Source: an uncultured Eubacteriales bacterium
Lineage (GTDB): Bacteria > Bacillota > Clostridia > Christensenellales > UMGS416
Assembly: GCA_900542005.1 (NCBI GenBank)
Contig: UQLW01000001.1
Coordinates: forward strand, 14,160 to 78,159
Reading direction: 5' to 3'
DNA length: 64,000 bases
Part shown: piece by piece, positions 9,334-19,041 of the stretch
How the letters are laid out: every line of letters begins with the position of its first letter
How positions within the stretch are numbered: the stretch's first letter is position 1
Made by a program: the position numbers and the translations under genes
The notes under the pieces: generated by a model
Told to the model about the DNA's origin: nothing
What the model saw: only the letters and a program-made list of their open reading frames with translations
The model's database searches: none

Positions 9334-9362
9334 TTGCATATTCGCAGGGTTAGGACTATGAT
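9334..9362 (+). promoter_or_regulatory. sigma-A type promoter for the YitT-family gene
   Basis: TTGCAT (9334-9339), 17-nt spacer, TATGAT (9357-9362). Confidence 0.5.
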
Positions 9363-9393
9363 TTGGGAGGAAGAAAAGGGGAGAAAGACGATC

Positions 9394-10239
9394 ATGAAGA
9401 AACGGCTTGCGGATTTTCTGGTTATTACCTTTGGTACGCTGATCACCTCGGTGGGCATCTATTTTTTCAAATTTCCCAACCACTTTTCCTTTGGCGGCGT
9501 CAGCGGCATGTCCATCATCTTCGGCCAGCTCAGCGCCAACTGGTCGCCCGGTACCTTTAACCTGATCATCAACGCGATTTCCCTGGCGCTGGGCTTTTTG
9601 CTGCTGGACCGGCGCTTTGGCTTGAAAACCGTATACTGCAGCCTGCTCTTCTCGCTGAGCCTCAAGGCGCTGGAGCGCTGGGCGCCCATGAGCGCACCGC
9701 TCACCGACCAGAAGCTGCTGGAGCTTATCTTTGCCGTGGTTTTTCCCGCCATCGGCTCGGCGCTGCTCTTTCAGCACAGCGCCTCCACCGGCGGCACGGA
9801 AATCGTCGCCATGATTCTGAAAAAGTATACCCGGCTGAATATCTCCGTGGCCATGATCCTGACCGACGCGGCCATCGCTGTATCGGCGGTCTTCGTGTTT
9901 GGCGTTGAGACCGGCCTGTATTCGGTGCTGGGCCTGGTGACGAAATCCCTGGTGGTGGACGCGGTCATGGAGCGCATGAACCTGAAAAAGGCCGTTACCG
10001 TCATTACCGTCCATCCCCATGAGGTCTGCCGCTACATCAACGATGCGCTGAATCGCGGCGCTACCCTATGGCAGGCTGAGGGCGCCTTCACCCAGCAGGA
10101 AAAATCCGTCATCCTCACGGCCCTGAACAGCGCGCAGGCCTTCGCCCTGCGGCGCCATGTCAAATCCATGGATCCCGAGGCCTTCATCCTCATCAGCAAT
10201 ACCAGCGAAATCTTTGGCGCCGGCTTTATCCAACCCTGA
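9394..10239 (+). CDS. YitT-family membrane protein (DUF2179 C-terminal domain)
   Basis: 281 aa from MKKRLADFLVITFGTLITSVGIYFFKFPNHFSFGGVSG. Multiple TM segments, and an SD (AAAGGGGAG) upstream. Confidence 0.82.
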   Translation: MKKRLADFLVITFGTLITSVGIYFFKFPNHFSFGGVSGMSIIFGQLSANWSPGTFNLIINAISLALGFLLLDRRFGLKTVYCSLLFSLSLKALERWAPMSAPLTDQKLLELIFAVVFPAIGSALLFQHSASTGGTEIVAMILKKYTRLNISVAMILTDAAIAVSAVFVFGVETGLYSVLGLVTKSLVVDAVMERMNLKKAVTVITVHPHEVCRYINDALNRGATLWQAEGAFTQQEKSVILTALNSAQAFALRRHVKSMDPEAFILISNTSEIFGAGFIQP

Positions 10240-10271
10240 TCCCGCCTTCAGGGGCGGCTTCGTTTCCAACC

Positions 10272-10299
10272 AAGGGCCCTCATGGGCCCTTTTTGTTTG
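10272..10299 (+). terminator. Rho-independent terminator after the YitT gene
   Basis: AGGGCCC-TCAT-GGGCCCT hairpin followed by TTTTTGTTT. Confidence 0.6.
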
Positions 10300-10390
10300 G
10301 GTGAAATCAGTTCCGTCCATGGAGGGCCGGCTCCCGCCGTCGTATAATAGGGGCATCAACCGGGCAAGCCCCGGATATGTGAGGCGCACA

Positions 10391-13300
10391 ATGCACAAGG
10401 AGCACACCAATTTTCATAAAGACCTGCCCACCCTGCTGGAGGCCTTCGAGCATCCCGGGCGGGCATACCGGGGCAAGCCCTTCTGGGCCTGGAACGGGGA
10501 GCTGGAAAAGGACGAGCTGATCCGCCAGGCCCGCATCATGAAGGAGATGGGGCTGGGCGGGTTCTTCATGCACGCCCGCGCCGGACTTATCACCGAGTAC
10601 CTGGGCCGGGAATGGTTCGAGCTGACCAACGCCGTGGCCGACGAAGCAAAGCGGCTGGATATGGAGGCCTGGCTTTATGACGAGGACCGCTGGCCCAGCG
10701 GCAGCGCCGGGGGCAAGGTTACGGCGGATCCGCAGTACCGCATGAAATCCCTGGTAATGGCCGATATGCCGGCGGAGCGCTTTCGCTGGACGCCGGAGGT
10801 GATCTGCGCCTTCCTGGCCCGCTGCCAGGGCGTGAAGCTGGACGAATACAGCCCCCTGGAGCCCGACGACCCGATCCCCCAGGGGGAGGGCTTCCGGGTG
10901 CTGCAGTTCTCCATCGTGCCCGACCCCTGCTCCAGCGGCTTTAACGGCGCCACCTACCTTGACACCATGAGCCGCGCCGCTACCGACCGGTTTATCGAGC
11001 TGACCCATGAGGCCTACCGTGAGCGCTGCGGCGGCCGGCTGGGCGATTCCATCGAAGGGATCTTCACCGACGAGCCCCACCGCGGCCACGGCCTGGACGA
11101 TTATCGGGAAGAGGACGGCGTATGGCGCTGCTCCATGGCCTGGACGGACGACCTCTTTGAGCAGTTCCGCCTGCGCTATGGCTATGACCCCAAGCCCCTG
11201 CTGCCGGAGGTCTTTTACCGGTATCGGGGCGAAAAGGTTTCCCGGGTAAGGATCCACTATTTCGACCTGGCCGATAACCTCTTCCTGGAGCGCTTTGCCA
11301 TGCCCATCCACCAGTGGTGCCAGGCCCACAACATGCGCTTCACCGGCCATGTGCTGCACGAGGACGCGCTGTCCAACCAGACGGTGGCCCACGGCTCGCT
11401 GATGCGGTTCTACGCCCATATGGACGATCCCGGCGTGGATGTGCTGGCCGGCGGCGACAAATGCTATTGGATCGTCAAGCAGCTTTCCTCCGCCGCCCGT
11501 CAGCTGGGGAAGCGCTGGCTGCTCTCCGAGCTTTACGGCTGTACCGGCTGGCAGATGAGCTTCAACGATTACAAGGCCGTGGGCGACTGGCAGGCGCTCT
11601 TTGGCATCAACCTGCGCTGCCCCCACCTGTCCTGGTACACCATGGAGGGCGAATCCAAGCGCGACTACCCGGCCAGCATCCTGCATCAGTCCTCCTGGTA
11701 TAAGGATTTCGCCCGGCTGGAAACCTATTTCGCCCGCTTTGGCACGGTCATCTCCGAGGGCGACCCGGTCTGCGGCGTGCTGGTGGTCAACCCCATCGAA
11801 AGCGCCTGGGCGCTGGCCCATGCCGGCTGGAGCAAATGGCTCTTCGCCACGGATCCCGATGTGCTGGCCTTGGAGGATCATTACGCCCGGCTGTTCCATA
11901 TGCTGGCCGGCCGTCAAATCGACTTTGACTATGGCGAGGAGCAGATGATGGCCGCCGACTGGTCCATCGAGCCCGGGGACGGGGCGCCTCAGCTGCGCAT
12001 CGGCCAGGCCCGCTACCGCTGCGTGGTGGTATCCGGAGCCATTACCCTGCGCCCCAGCACGCTGGATATGCTGCGCGCCTTCCTAAAGGCCGGCGGCCAT
12101 GTGGTCTTTTCCGGCGAGCTGCCCGCCTATGTGGACGGTTTGCCCTCCCGGGCTGCGGAGGAGCTTCTGGCCTTTGACGGCGCGCAGGCCATCCCCTTTG
12201 ACGAAACCGCATTGGCGCAGGCGATCGGCGCTGTATGCCCGCCCGCGGTACAGGTAACCGGCCCGCAGGGGCATCCCCTTCCCCACATTTTCTGCCAGGT
12301 GCGCCGCTGCCCTGCCTCGGGCATGTCCTTTGCCGTGCTGCTCAATGTGGACCGGGAGCACGGCGTGGAGGATGCCCGGCTGCAGCTGCCCGCCTTCCAG
12401 GGCCAGCAGGTGCAGCTTTGGGACCTGATGACCGGCGCCCGTCAATCCCTCGGGACGGCCGATGGTCCGCTGACGCTCTCCTTTGCCCCGGGCCAGGAGC
12501 GGGTGCTGGCCTTTACCAGCCAGCCTCAGCGGCTGCCCGCGCCCCCGCGCCTTGAAGCAGGCGCGCCAAGGCTCCTGGAGGGCCCTGTGGATTACGCCCT
12601 GGACGAGCCCAATGTGCTGGTGCTGGATTATGCCGGTTGGCGCTGGGAAAAGGGCCCCTGGCATGACCGCCAGGAAATCCTCAAGGCCGACCAGCAGGTG
12701 CGCGATGAGCTGGGCCTGGAGCACCGGGGCGGCGAAATGCTGCAGCCCTGGTTCGCCAAGCTCCACGACGCCCAGCGCTATGGGCGGCTCCAGCTATCCT
12801 ATCGCTTTACCGTGGAGGATGCGCCCCGGGAAGCGCTCTGGCTGTGCTGCGAGCGGCCGGAGCAGTGGTCGGTCGCCGTCAACGGCGTCCCCCTGGCCTA
12901 TGAACCCGCCAGCGGATTCTGGATCGATATCTGCCTGAAGCGGCTGCGGCTGCCCGCCCACCTGCTGAGGGAGGGCGAGAATGAAATCCTGCTGACCGGG
13001 GACTTTATGCGGACGACCAACCTGGAAGCCCTGTATCTGACCGGCGCCTTCGGCGTGCGGCTGGATGGGGGCCGCGCCGCGCTCTGCCGCCTGCCGGAGC
13101 AGGCCAGCCTGGGTAATCTTGCCGATAACCGGCTGCCCTTCTACAGCGGCCGGGTTACCTATCGCTTCACCCTGCCCGAATGCTTCGCGCCCGGCCAGCC
13201 GCTGCGGCTTGCGCTGGAGGATTTTCATGGCGCGTTGGCTCTGGTTCAGGCCGGCGATGATCCTGAGCAGGCGGTCTTTACCGCCCCCTATACGGCCGAC

Positions 13301-13507
13301 CTTGTATGCCCGCCGGACCGCAGGCTGGCCGTTACGCTGGTCGCCACCCGCCGCAATACCTTCGGGCCCTTGCACCAGCTGCCCGTACTCACCGAATCCT
13401 ACGGCCCCGGCAGCTTCATCACCGAGGGTGATGCCTGGAGCGACCGCTACGAGCTGGTGGATTGCCGCCTGGGGCCGGTCCGCATCAGCCCGCTGGCCCA
13501 TCCGTAA
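10391..13507 (+). CDS. large glycoside hydrolase, family not assignable by eye (paralog 1; the PFWAWN/GLGGF N-terminal barrel motif is reminiscent of GH106-type enzymes)
   Basis: 1038 aa from MHKEHTNF. YRGKPFWAWNGELEKDELIRQARIMKEMGLGGFFMHARAGL, WLYDEDRWPSGSAGG, KRDYPASI. Clear paralog of 42003-45164. Confidence 0.7.
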   Translation: MHKEHTNFHKDLPTLLEAFEHPGRAYRGKPFWAWNGELEKDELIRQARIMKEMGLGGFFMHARAGLITEYLGREWFELTNAVADEAKRLDMEAWLYDEDRWPSGSAGGKVTADPQYRMKSLVMADMPAERFRWTPEVICAFLARCQGVKLDEYSPLEPDDPIPQGEGFRVLQFSIVPDPCSSGFNGATYLDTMSRAATDRFIELTHEAYRERCGGRLGDSIEGIFTDEPHRGHGLDDYREEDGVWRCSMAWTDDLFEQFRLRYGYDPKPLLPEVFYRYRGEKVSRVRIHYFDLADNLFLERFAMPIHQWCQAHNMRFTGHVLHEDALSNQTVAHGSLMRFYAHMDDPGVDVLAGGDKCYWIVKQLSSAARQLGKRWLLSELYGCTGWQMSFNDYKAVGDWQALFGINLRCPHLSWYTMEGESKRDYPASILHQSSWYKDFARLETYFARFGTVISEGDPVCGVLVVNPIESAWALAHAGWSKWLFATDPDVLALEDHYARLFHMLAGRQIDFDYGEEQMMAADWSIEPGDGAPQLRIGQARYRCVVVSGAITLRPSTLDMLRAFLKAGGHVVFSGELPAYVDGLPSRAAEELLAFDGAQAIPFDETALAQAIGAVCPPAVQVTGPQGHPLPHIFCQVRRCPASGMSFAVLLNVDREHGVEDARLQLPAFQGQQVQLWDLMTGARQSLGTADGPLTLSFAPGQERVLAFTSQPQRLPAPPRLEAGAPRLLEGPVDYALDEPNVLVLDYAGWRWEKGPWHDRQEILKADQQVRDELGLEHRGGEMLQPWFAKLHDAQRYGRLQLSYRFTVEDAPREALWLCCERPEQWSVAVNGVPLAYEPASGFWIDICLKRLRLPAHLLREGENEILLTGDFMRTTNLEALYLTGAFGVRLDGGRAALCRLPEQASLGNLADNRLPFYSGRVTYRFTLPECFAPGQPLRLALEDFHGALALVQAGDDPEQAVFTAPYTADLVCPPDRRLAVTLVATRRNTFGPLHQLPVLTESYGPGSFITEGDAWSDRYELVDCRLGPVRISPLAHP

Positions 13508-13522
13508 GCTTCCAAAATTCGT

Positions 13523-13565
13523 CAGCCGCCGTCCGCATCATACACGCGGACGGCGGCTGATTCTA
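13523..13565 (+). terminator. Rho-independent terminator
   Basis: Perfect 14-bp stem CAGCCGCCGTCCGC/GCGGACGGCGGCTG followed by ATTCTATT. Confidence 0.7.
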
Positions 13566-14011
13566 TTCCCCAATGAATTCTTCTGTGATTCGACTTGCCC
13601 AGCCATTGCGGCGCTATACCTATACATTCTCCGTTAGGATATAGCGATGACGCAGTAATATCCCGGCTGTATGAAGCATTTCTCCATAGGCAGCTAATGC
13701 TGCCGCTTTCTTTCAGCGCTGTTTATAGCGGTGGGAAACGGTTATCATTCCATTCATCCAGGACTCCGGCAACAGCGCATTTTATACGTTCCCCATATAG
13801 CAATTCTGGATTGCCTGATTATGCTTCACGGCGACTTTCCTGTTGGTGATAACCCTGTAATGAATCTCTGTAATTTTTGCCCATCCTCTGGCTATTGGCA
13901 AAAGCTCAGCCACATAGTCTTTTTTGCCGTCCGTATTTCCCGGTGGAAGCCGTGATGGCCCAGCCAGGCAAAGAGGAACCCCGGCCGGTTCCGCTTATGG
14001 TCTTTTCCGGC

Positions 14012-15709
14012 TTACGCCGCAATGCCCAGCATCACATACACCACCGCCGAGGACAGGCAGAACAGGGCCGCCAGCCCGCCGGCCGCAATACGAATCAAGC
14101 GCCCAGCCTTTGCGTTAAGCAGCGTGCCCTGCCAAAGGCTGCCCAGGAAATAGCCCGCAACGATTACCAGCGGCATCACATACCGCATGTTGGCCGTGCA
14201 GGTCTGCGGATAGCGCAGGTTCAGCTGGATGTAAGAGAAAAGCAGCGTGACCGGCAGCAGGATCCAGAAGCCCCTGAGCGCCCCGGGCAGGGCTTCGTCC
14301 CGCCGGAGGAGCCGCCGCAGCGCCGCCAGCAGGCAGGCCGGCACCAGCGCGATGCTGGCCGAAAACAGGGCCCGGCTGGGGCCGTAGATCAGCGGCTGGA
14401 TATCCGTAAAGGTCTGCTCGTCGAACACGCCCGTCTTGAGCAGGCCCACGAACATATTGAACTCCTGATAGGGCTGGCCCCAGGCCTCGTAAAGCTGGCG
14501 GAACTGATAGGCGGAAAAATCGAACATCCGCTTTACCGCGTCGATATGGCCGATATACTGGCCGCTGTCCTTGCCAATTTCGGCCACATAGTTCAGCGGC
14601 ATGCCGAAAACTGCCCAATTGCGCAGCGGCCACCAAAGCCCCAGCGGCGCGCAAAGGGCAAAGAAGGCGGCAAACTCAAGCCATATCCCCCTCCGCTGGG
14701 CGGCTGGCGCCCGGAAAAGCCCGGCCAGGAATACCCAGGCCATGGCCGGAGCCAGCAGGGCGGCCGAGAGCTTCGTCATCATTCCCAGGCCCATAAAGAG
14801 CGCCGCACAGAGGATATGGCGCAGGGTATGCTCCTTGTACCAGCGCAGCGTATAAAGCACGGCAGCCAGCATGAAGGTAATGGACAGGATATCGTTGTTA
14901 AGCCCGCCGGCCAACTGGATAAACATGGGATAAAAGCAGACCAGGGCCAGCGCGGTGACCAGCCCCCACCGCTCCAGGCCCATCTGGCGGAAAATGCGAT
15001 AGGCCAGCACTATACAGGCGGAGGAGTAAAACAGCGTCACAAACTGCAGGCTTTCCCCGATGCGCGGCGTCTCCATGTCAATCCAGGCCAAAGCGCTGTA
15101 TACCACCGCCGACAGGATATGATAAAGGGGCGGATGGTAAAACTGCCAATGGCTGCGGGGGTCAAAATCCGGCAAACGGCGGTACTGCACAAAATACTCA
15201 ATATACCCCATATGCCCGGTACCCGCTCCCATCCAGGCCACGTCATGCTGCCGGGTCTGGATATCCGTGTACAGCACATAGCCCAACCGCAGCACAAAAC
15301 CCGCCGCCAGCAAAAGGCATGCCGCCCGGCGCCAGGTAAGCCGGCGCCGCACCGCCAGGCAGGCGGCTATAGCCCCCAGGGCCAGCAGGGCGATGAGCGT
15401 AAACCAGGCCGCGGCATTGGCTGACCGCCCCAGCAGCGCGGCCAGCGCCAGGGCCAACGCTGCGCCCACCGCTGCGGCGGCCGTCTTCAGCCGCGCCTCC
15501 AGCCTGTGGCCGGCCCTCCGCCAGCAGATCAGCGCGCCGGCCACAATAACCGCCGCGCCCAGCATGAGTCCCTCCGGCGTCAGCAAAGCCCCTGCCGTCT
15601 GGTCGGTCATAAAAGCGGCCGCCAGGCAGGCCAGCGCCAGGCTGACATAGGGATGCGCCCTCATAAGCTGTATCCAGCCCGCCCACCGGGCTGCGGTTTC
15701 TTCCCTCAT
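14012..15709 (-). CDS. polytopic membrane glycosyltransferase, GT39/ArnT (PMT_2)-like
   Basis: 565 aa, with about 12 hydrophobic segments. DIQTRQHDV...GHMGYIEYF...FYHPPLYH motif typical of the dolichyl/undecaprenyl-phosphate-sugar transferase family. The first ATG at 15727 is an alternative start. Confidence 0.72.
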   Translation of the reverse strand: MREETAARWAGWIQLMRAHPYVSLALACLAAAFMTDQTAGALLTPEGLMLGAAVIVAGALICWRRAGHRLEARLKTAAAAVGAALALALAALLGRSANAAAWFTLIALLALGAIAACLAVRRRLTWRRAACLLLAAGFVLRLGYVLYTDIQTRQHDVAWMGAGTGHMGYIEYFVQYRRLPDFDPRSHWQFYHPPLYHILSAVVYSALAWIDMETPRIGESLQFVTLFYSSACIVLAYRIFRQMGLERWGLVTALALVCFYPMFIQLAGGLNNDILSITFMLAAVLYTLRWYKEHTLRHILCAALFMGLGMMTKLSAALLAPAMAWVFLAGLFRAPAAQRRGIWLEFAAFFALCAPLGLWWPLRNWAVFGMPLNYVAEIGKDSGQYIGHIDAVKRMFDFSAYQFRQLYEAWGQPYQEFNMFVGLLKTGVFDEQTFTDIQPLIYGPSRALFSASIALVPACLLAALRRLLRRDEALPGALRGFWILLPVTLLFSYIQLNLRYPQTCTANMRYVMPLVIVAGYFLGSLWQGTLLNAKAGRLIRIAAGGLAALFCLSSAVVYVMLGIAA

Positions 15710-15761
15710 CCTTCCATCCCCCTCCATATGGGGTTATCATATCATACTTCTGCCCCCATAA

Positions 15762-15799
15762 CCACAACAAAGCGGGCCGCCCCGAGGGGAAGCCCGCTT
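15762..15799 (-). terminator. hairpin terminator after the DUF3006 gene
   Basis: Minus-strand AAGCGGGC...GCCCGCTT stem with an inner CCCC/GGGG helix, followed by TGTTGTGGTT. Confidence 0.45.
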
Positions 15800-15845
15800 C
15801 ATGCAAATACCCTATGAAGGAGGAAGGGCTCCGCAGGTAAGCCCG

Positions 15846-16064
15846 CTATGGGTTCCGCTTCAGCCTTGCCAGCCGCTCCCGCGCCTGACGGCGCAGCCGC
15901 TCCGTCCGCTCCGGGTCCACCCGCCACTGGCCGTCCGCTTCCTCCAGCGCCTCGCCCTCGCTGACCTGGGGAAGCGTGTCCCGGGCCACCTTGAGCATGC
16001 GCCCGTCCTCATCCTCCAGGATCGCCCAATCGCCCTCGTACCGGTCCAGCACATACCTGGCCAT
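15846..16064 (-). CDS. DUF3006 domain protein
   Basis: 72 aa. MARYVLDRYEGDWAILEDEDG is the typical DUF3006 opening. The start lies 3 nt after the pfkA stop. Confidence 0.78.
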   Translation of the reverse strand: MARYVLDRYEGDWAILEDEDGRMLKVARDTLPQVSEGEALEEADGQWRVDPERTERLRRQARERLARLKRNP

Positions 16065-16067
16065 CGG

Positions 16068-17141
16068 CTAATCCCCCATGCAGACGCCCATGCTGCGGGC
16101 CACCGTAACCATCTGATGATCCTTGGGCACTGGCTTGGCCTTCCCGGCGATATCGCTGAGCAGGTTATGCCCCACCACATTCCCCAGCATGGCCACCGTG
16201 GTGCCATAGCGTTCTTCTTTAATGAGCTGGGCCGCGTGCGCGCCAAACTGGGTGGACAGCACCCGGTCCCTGGCCGAGGGGCTTCCGCCCCGCTGGATAT
16301 GGCCGGGAACCACGGCGCGGGTTTCCAGCCCCGTCATCGCCTCCAGCTCCTTGGCCACACGGTGGGCGATGGAGGTAAAGCCCTCCTCGGCCCGCTTGGC
16401 GGCCAACTCTTTTTTCTTCATCTCGGCTTCCTTCTCGCTCAAGGCCCCCTCGGCCACGGCGATAATGGAGAACTGCTTGCCCATCTTGCCGCGCTTTTCG
16501 ATGGCCTTGACCACGCTTTTCATATTGTAGGGGATCTCCGGCAGCAGGATCACATCCGCCCCTCCGGCAATGCCGGCGTGCAGCGTCAGCCAGCCCACCT
16601 TGTTGCCCATGATCTCCACCACCATAATGCGCCCATGGCTGGCGGCCGTGGTATGCAGCCGGTCAATCGCCTCGGTCGCAATGCCCATAGCCGTATCAAA
16701 GCCGAAGGTCACATCGGTGCCGAAGATGTCGTTATCAATGGTCTTGGGCAGGCCGATCACCGATAGGCCCTCCTGGGAAAGCAGGTTAGCCGTCTTGTGG
16801 GTGCCGTTCCCGCCCAGCGTCACCAGGCAGTCGAGGCCCATTTTCTTATAGTTGGCCTTCATGGCGGCCACCTTGTCCACCTGATCTTCCTCGATCTTGC
16901 GCATGTTGCGGTAGGGTTGGCGGGAGGTGCCCAAAATCGTGCCGCCCAGCGTCAGGATGCTGGAGAAATCCCGCTGCTTCATCTCATGGTATTCGCCCTG
17001 AATCAGGCCCCGGTAGCCGTCGGAGATTCCAATGATCTCCGCATCGAACATCTCATAGGCCGCTTTGGCCACGCCGCGGATGGCCGCGTTGAGGCCGGGG
17101 CAATCCCCGCCGCTTGTTAAAATTCCGATTCTCCTTTTCAT
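16068..17141 (-). CDS. pfkA: 6-phosphofructokinase
   Basis: 357 aa. IGILTSGGDCPGLNAAIRG, TLGGNGT, LPKTIDNDI, MVVEIMG motifs. Confidence 0.93.
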   Translation of the reverse strand: MKRRIGILTSGGDCPGLNAAIRGVAKAAYEMFDAEIIGISDGYRGLIQGEYHEMKQRDFSSILTLGGTILGTSRQPYRNMRKIEEDQVDKVAAMKANYKKMGLDCLVTLGGNGTHKTANLLSQEGLSVIGLPKTIDNDIFGTDVTFGFDTAMGIATEAIDRLHTTAASHGRIMVVEIMGNKVGWLTLHAGIAGGADVILLPEIPYNMKSVVKAIEKRGKMGKQFSIIAVAEGALSEKEAEMKKKELAAKRAEEGFTSIAHRVAKELEAMTGLETRAVVPGHIQRGGSPSARDRVLSTQFGAHAAQLIKEERYGTTVAMLGNVVGHNLLSDIAGKAKPVPKDHQMVTVARSMGVCMGD

Positions 17142-17249
17142 CTTGCTCCTCTTTTCCGGGCTGCCTGTCCCATAGTGAAATTAAAAAGCCGCTTGGCTAT
17201 AGTATACCATCGCCGCGGCGTTTTTTCTATGCATTTCGTGCGGATATCT

Positions 17250-18053
17250 TTACAAAGCCCATACCCGGCCGATACGGTCGGGCCAGGTCAGGGCCATCTC
17301 CAGGTCCCGGCCCGGCCGGATATCCGCCTGCACCAGCGCCTCGGCTACCGTATCGAAGGCCAGCTCCGGCGTGTTGTTGTGCTGGGAAAGATGGCCCAGC
17401 GCCAGCCGGGGCACGCCCAGCCGCGTCAGCTCCACCGCGGCCTGGCCGGCCGCCGCATTGGAAAGGTGGCCCTTCTTGCCCAGAATGCGCCGCTTAAGCT
17501 GGGCCGGGTACTGGGGATTGCACATGACAAGCTCCTCGTCATGGTTGGCCTCCAGCAGCACGGCCTCCGCTGTGGCCAGCGCATTCAGCACGGCCTGCGG
17601 CAGCACCCCCGTATCGGTCGCAATCCCCACCCGGTGCATGCCCTGGTCCAGCAGGTAGCCGGAGGGATCCGCCGCGTCGTGGGAGATGGGCAGCGGCGTT
17701 ACCCGGAGATCGCCCAGGGCAAAGTCGCGGCCGGATTCATATTGAATCCGGCACCGGTCGGGGATCGTGCCCAGCTTGCCGCTGACGTCCATGGCGATCC
17801 AGGTCAGCTCGTTGGCATAGATCCGTACGCCATAGCGCCGGGCCATCACCCCGACGCCCTTGATGTGGTCGATATGCTCGTGGGTAATCAGGATCCCATC
17901 CAGGTCGCCAGGCGCGCAGCCCACCTGTTCCAGGCCCCGGCATAGCTGCGAAGCGGTCACGCCCGCGTCCACCAAAATGCGCGTCCCCGCCGTAGCCACA
18001 AAGCAGGCATTGCCCGTGCTGCCAGAAAAAAGCGGGCAAAAAACCATCGTCAT
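17250..18053 (-). CDS. MBL-fold metallo-hydrolase (YycJ/WalJ-like)
   Basis: 267 aa from MTMVFCPLFSGSTGN, with GGGAGG SD upstream of ATG 18053. The HEHIDH metal motif (ITHEHIDHIKG) is present. Confidence 0.85.
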   Translation of the reverse strand: MTMVFCPLFSGSTGNACFVATAGTRILVDAGVTASQLCRGLEQVGCAPGDLDGILITHEHIDHIKGVGVMARRYGVRIYANELTWIAMDVSGKLGTIPDRCRIQYESGRDFALGDLRVTPLPISHDAADPSGYLLDQGMHRVGIATDTGVLPQAVLNALATAEAVLLEANHDEELVMCNPQYPAQLKRRILGKKGHLSNAAAGQAAVELTRLGVPRLALGHLSQHNNTPELAFDTVAEALVQADIRPGRDLEMALTWPDRIGRVWAL

Positions 18054-18216
18054 GACTCGTCCTCCCTTTCCGTATCTCGCGCGTTCCCGCCTCCGCCCTG
18101 GCCCGGGGCCGCCGCGCAGAGGGCCAGCCTCGATTATACCCATCTGCGCCGCCGGATGCAACCGCTCTTTCTTCCCGGCCCTGGCCGTGGTATACTATAG
18201 GGTAGCCAATAGCCCG

Positions 18217-18972
18217 CTATTCCCACGCCTGGTAGGCCACCCGGCCCTGTCCGGCCCGTACATTGGCATCGCGGCGGATGCCCTCCATGCGGCCTTCCCG
18301 TTCATAGGAGTAGGACTCCGTTTCACCCACCACGATGTGGTCGGAGACCGCCACCTCCATAAAGCGCATGGCCATCAGCAGCTGCCGGGTGCCGTGGTCA
18401 TCCTGATAGGAGGGCTCGGCATTGCCCCCGGGATGGTTATGGACCAGGATCAGGCTGGCGGGTTTCACCCGCACCACCCATTCCACTATCCTGGGGATGG
18501 GCATTTCCACGCTGCAGGCCGTACCCTCCGCGACGGTGGGCGTGCGGACGACCTTGCCCTTGGCATCCATCATGATGAGCGCGACCCGCTCCACCTTGGC
18601 GTCCTGCATCAGCTGGCGCGCCAGCTGCGCCGCCTCCTTGACGCCCCGGATCACCCGGACCTCCTGCTGGCTGAGCCGCTTGACAGCCGAGGCCAGCGGC
18701 ATCATGAGCGTAAGCAGGCTGGCGGTATGGGCGCCTACGCCCTGCACCTGCCGGAGCTCCTCGGGGCTTGCCTCCAGCACCGCCGGCAGGGAGCCGAATT
18801 CCTCGATGAGCCGGTGGGCCAGCGGGTTGGTGTCGCCCTGCGGGATGGCATAATACAGCAAGAGCTCCAGCACCTCGTGGGGCTCAAACCCCTCCAGATT
18901 CCCCTCCCGGGCAAAGCGCCGCTTGAGCCGCTCCCGGTGCCCGGTATGCTCGCTGCCCTTGCCCATACGCAT
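18217..18972 (-). CDS. radC: RadC-family JAB-domain protein (UPF0758)
   Basis: 251 aa. HTGHRERLKRRF, an HhH segment (GSLPAVLEASPEELRQVQGVG), and the JAMM motif LVHNHPGGNAEPS. Confidence 0.9.
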   Translation of the reverse strand: MRMGKGSEHTGHRERLKRRFAREGNLEGFEPHEVLELLLYYAIPQGDTNPLAHRLIEEFGSLPAVLEASPEELRQVQGVGAHTASLLTLMMPLASAVKRLSQQEVRVIRGVKEAAQLARQLMQDAKVERVALIMMDAKGKVVRTPTVAEGTACSVEMPIPRIVEWVVRVKPASLILVHNHPGGNAEPSYQDDHGTRQLLMAMRFMEVAVSDHIVVGETESYSYEREGRMEGIRRDANVRAGQGRVAYQAWE

Positions 18973-19041
18973 TCCCCCCTTTTGCCGTCGTCGATTCTTT
19001 ATTATACACCATGATTCGACAATATTGGAAGGAGTCTATCC

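Noticed and set aside
13877-15424. 515-aa plus-strand ORF
   Set aside because: Antisense to the polytopic GT39-like membrane protein. It is Arg/Gln/Pro-rich with no motifs, so it is a shadow ORF.
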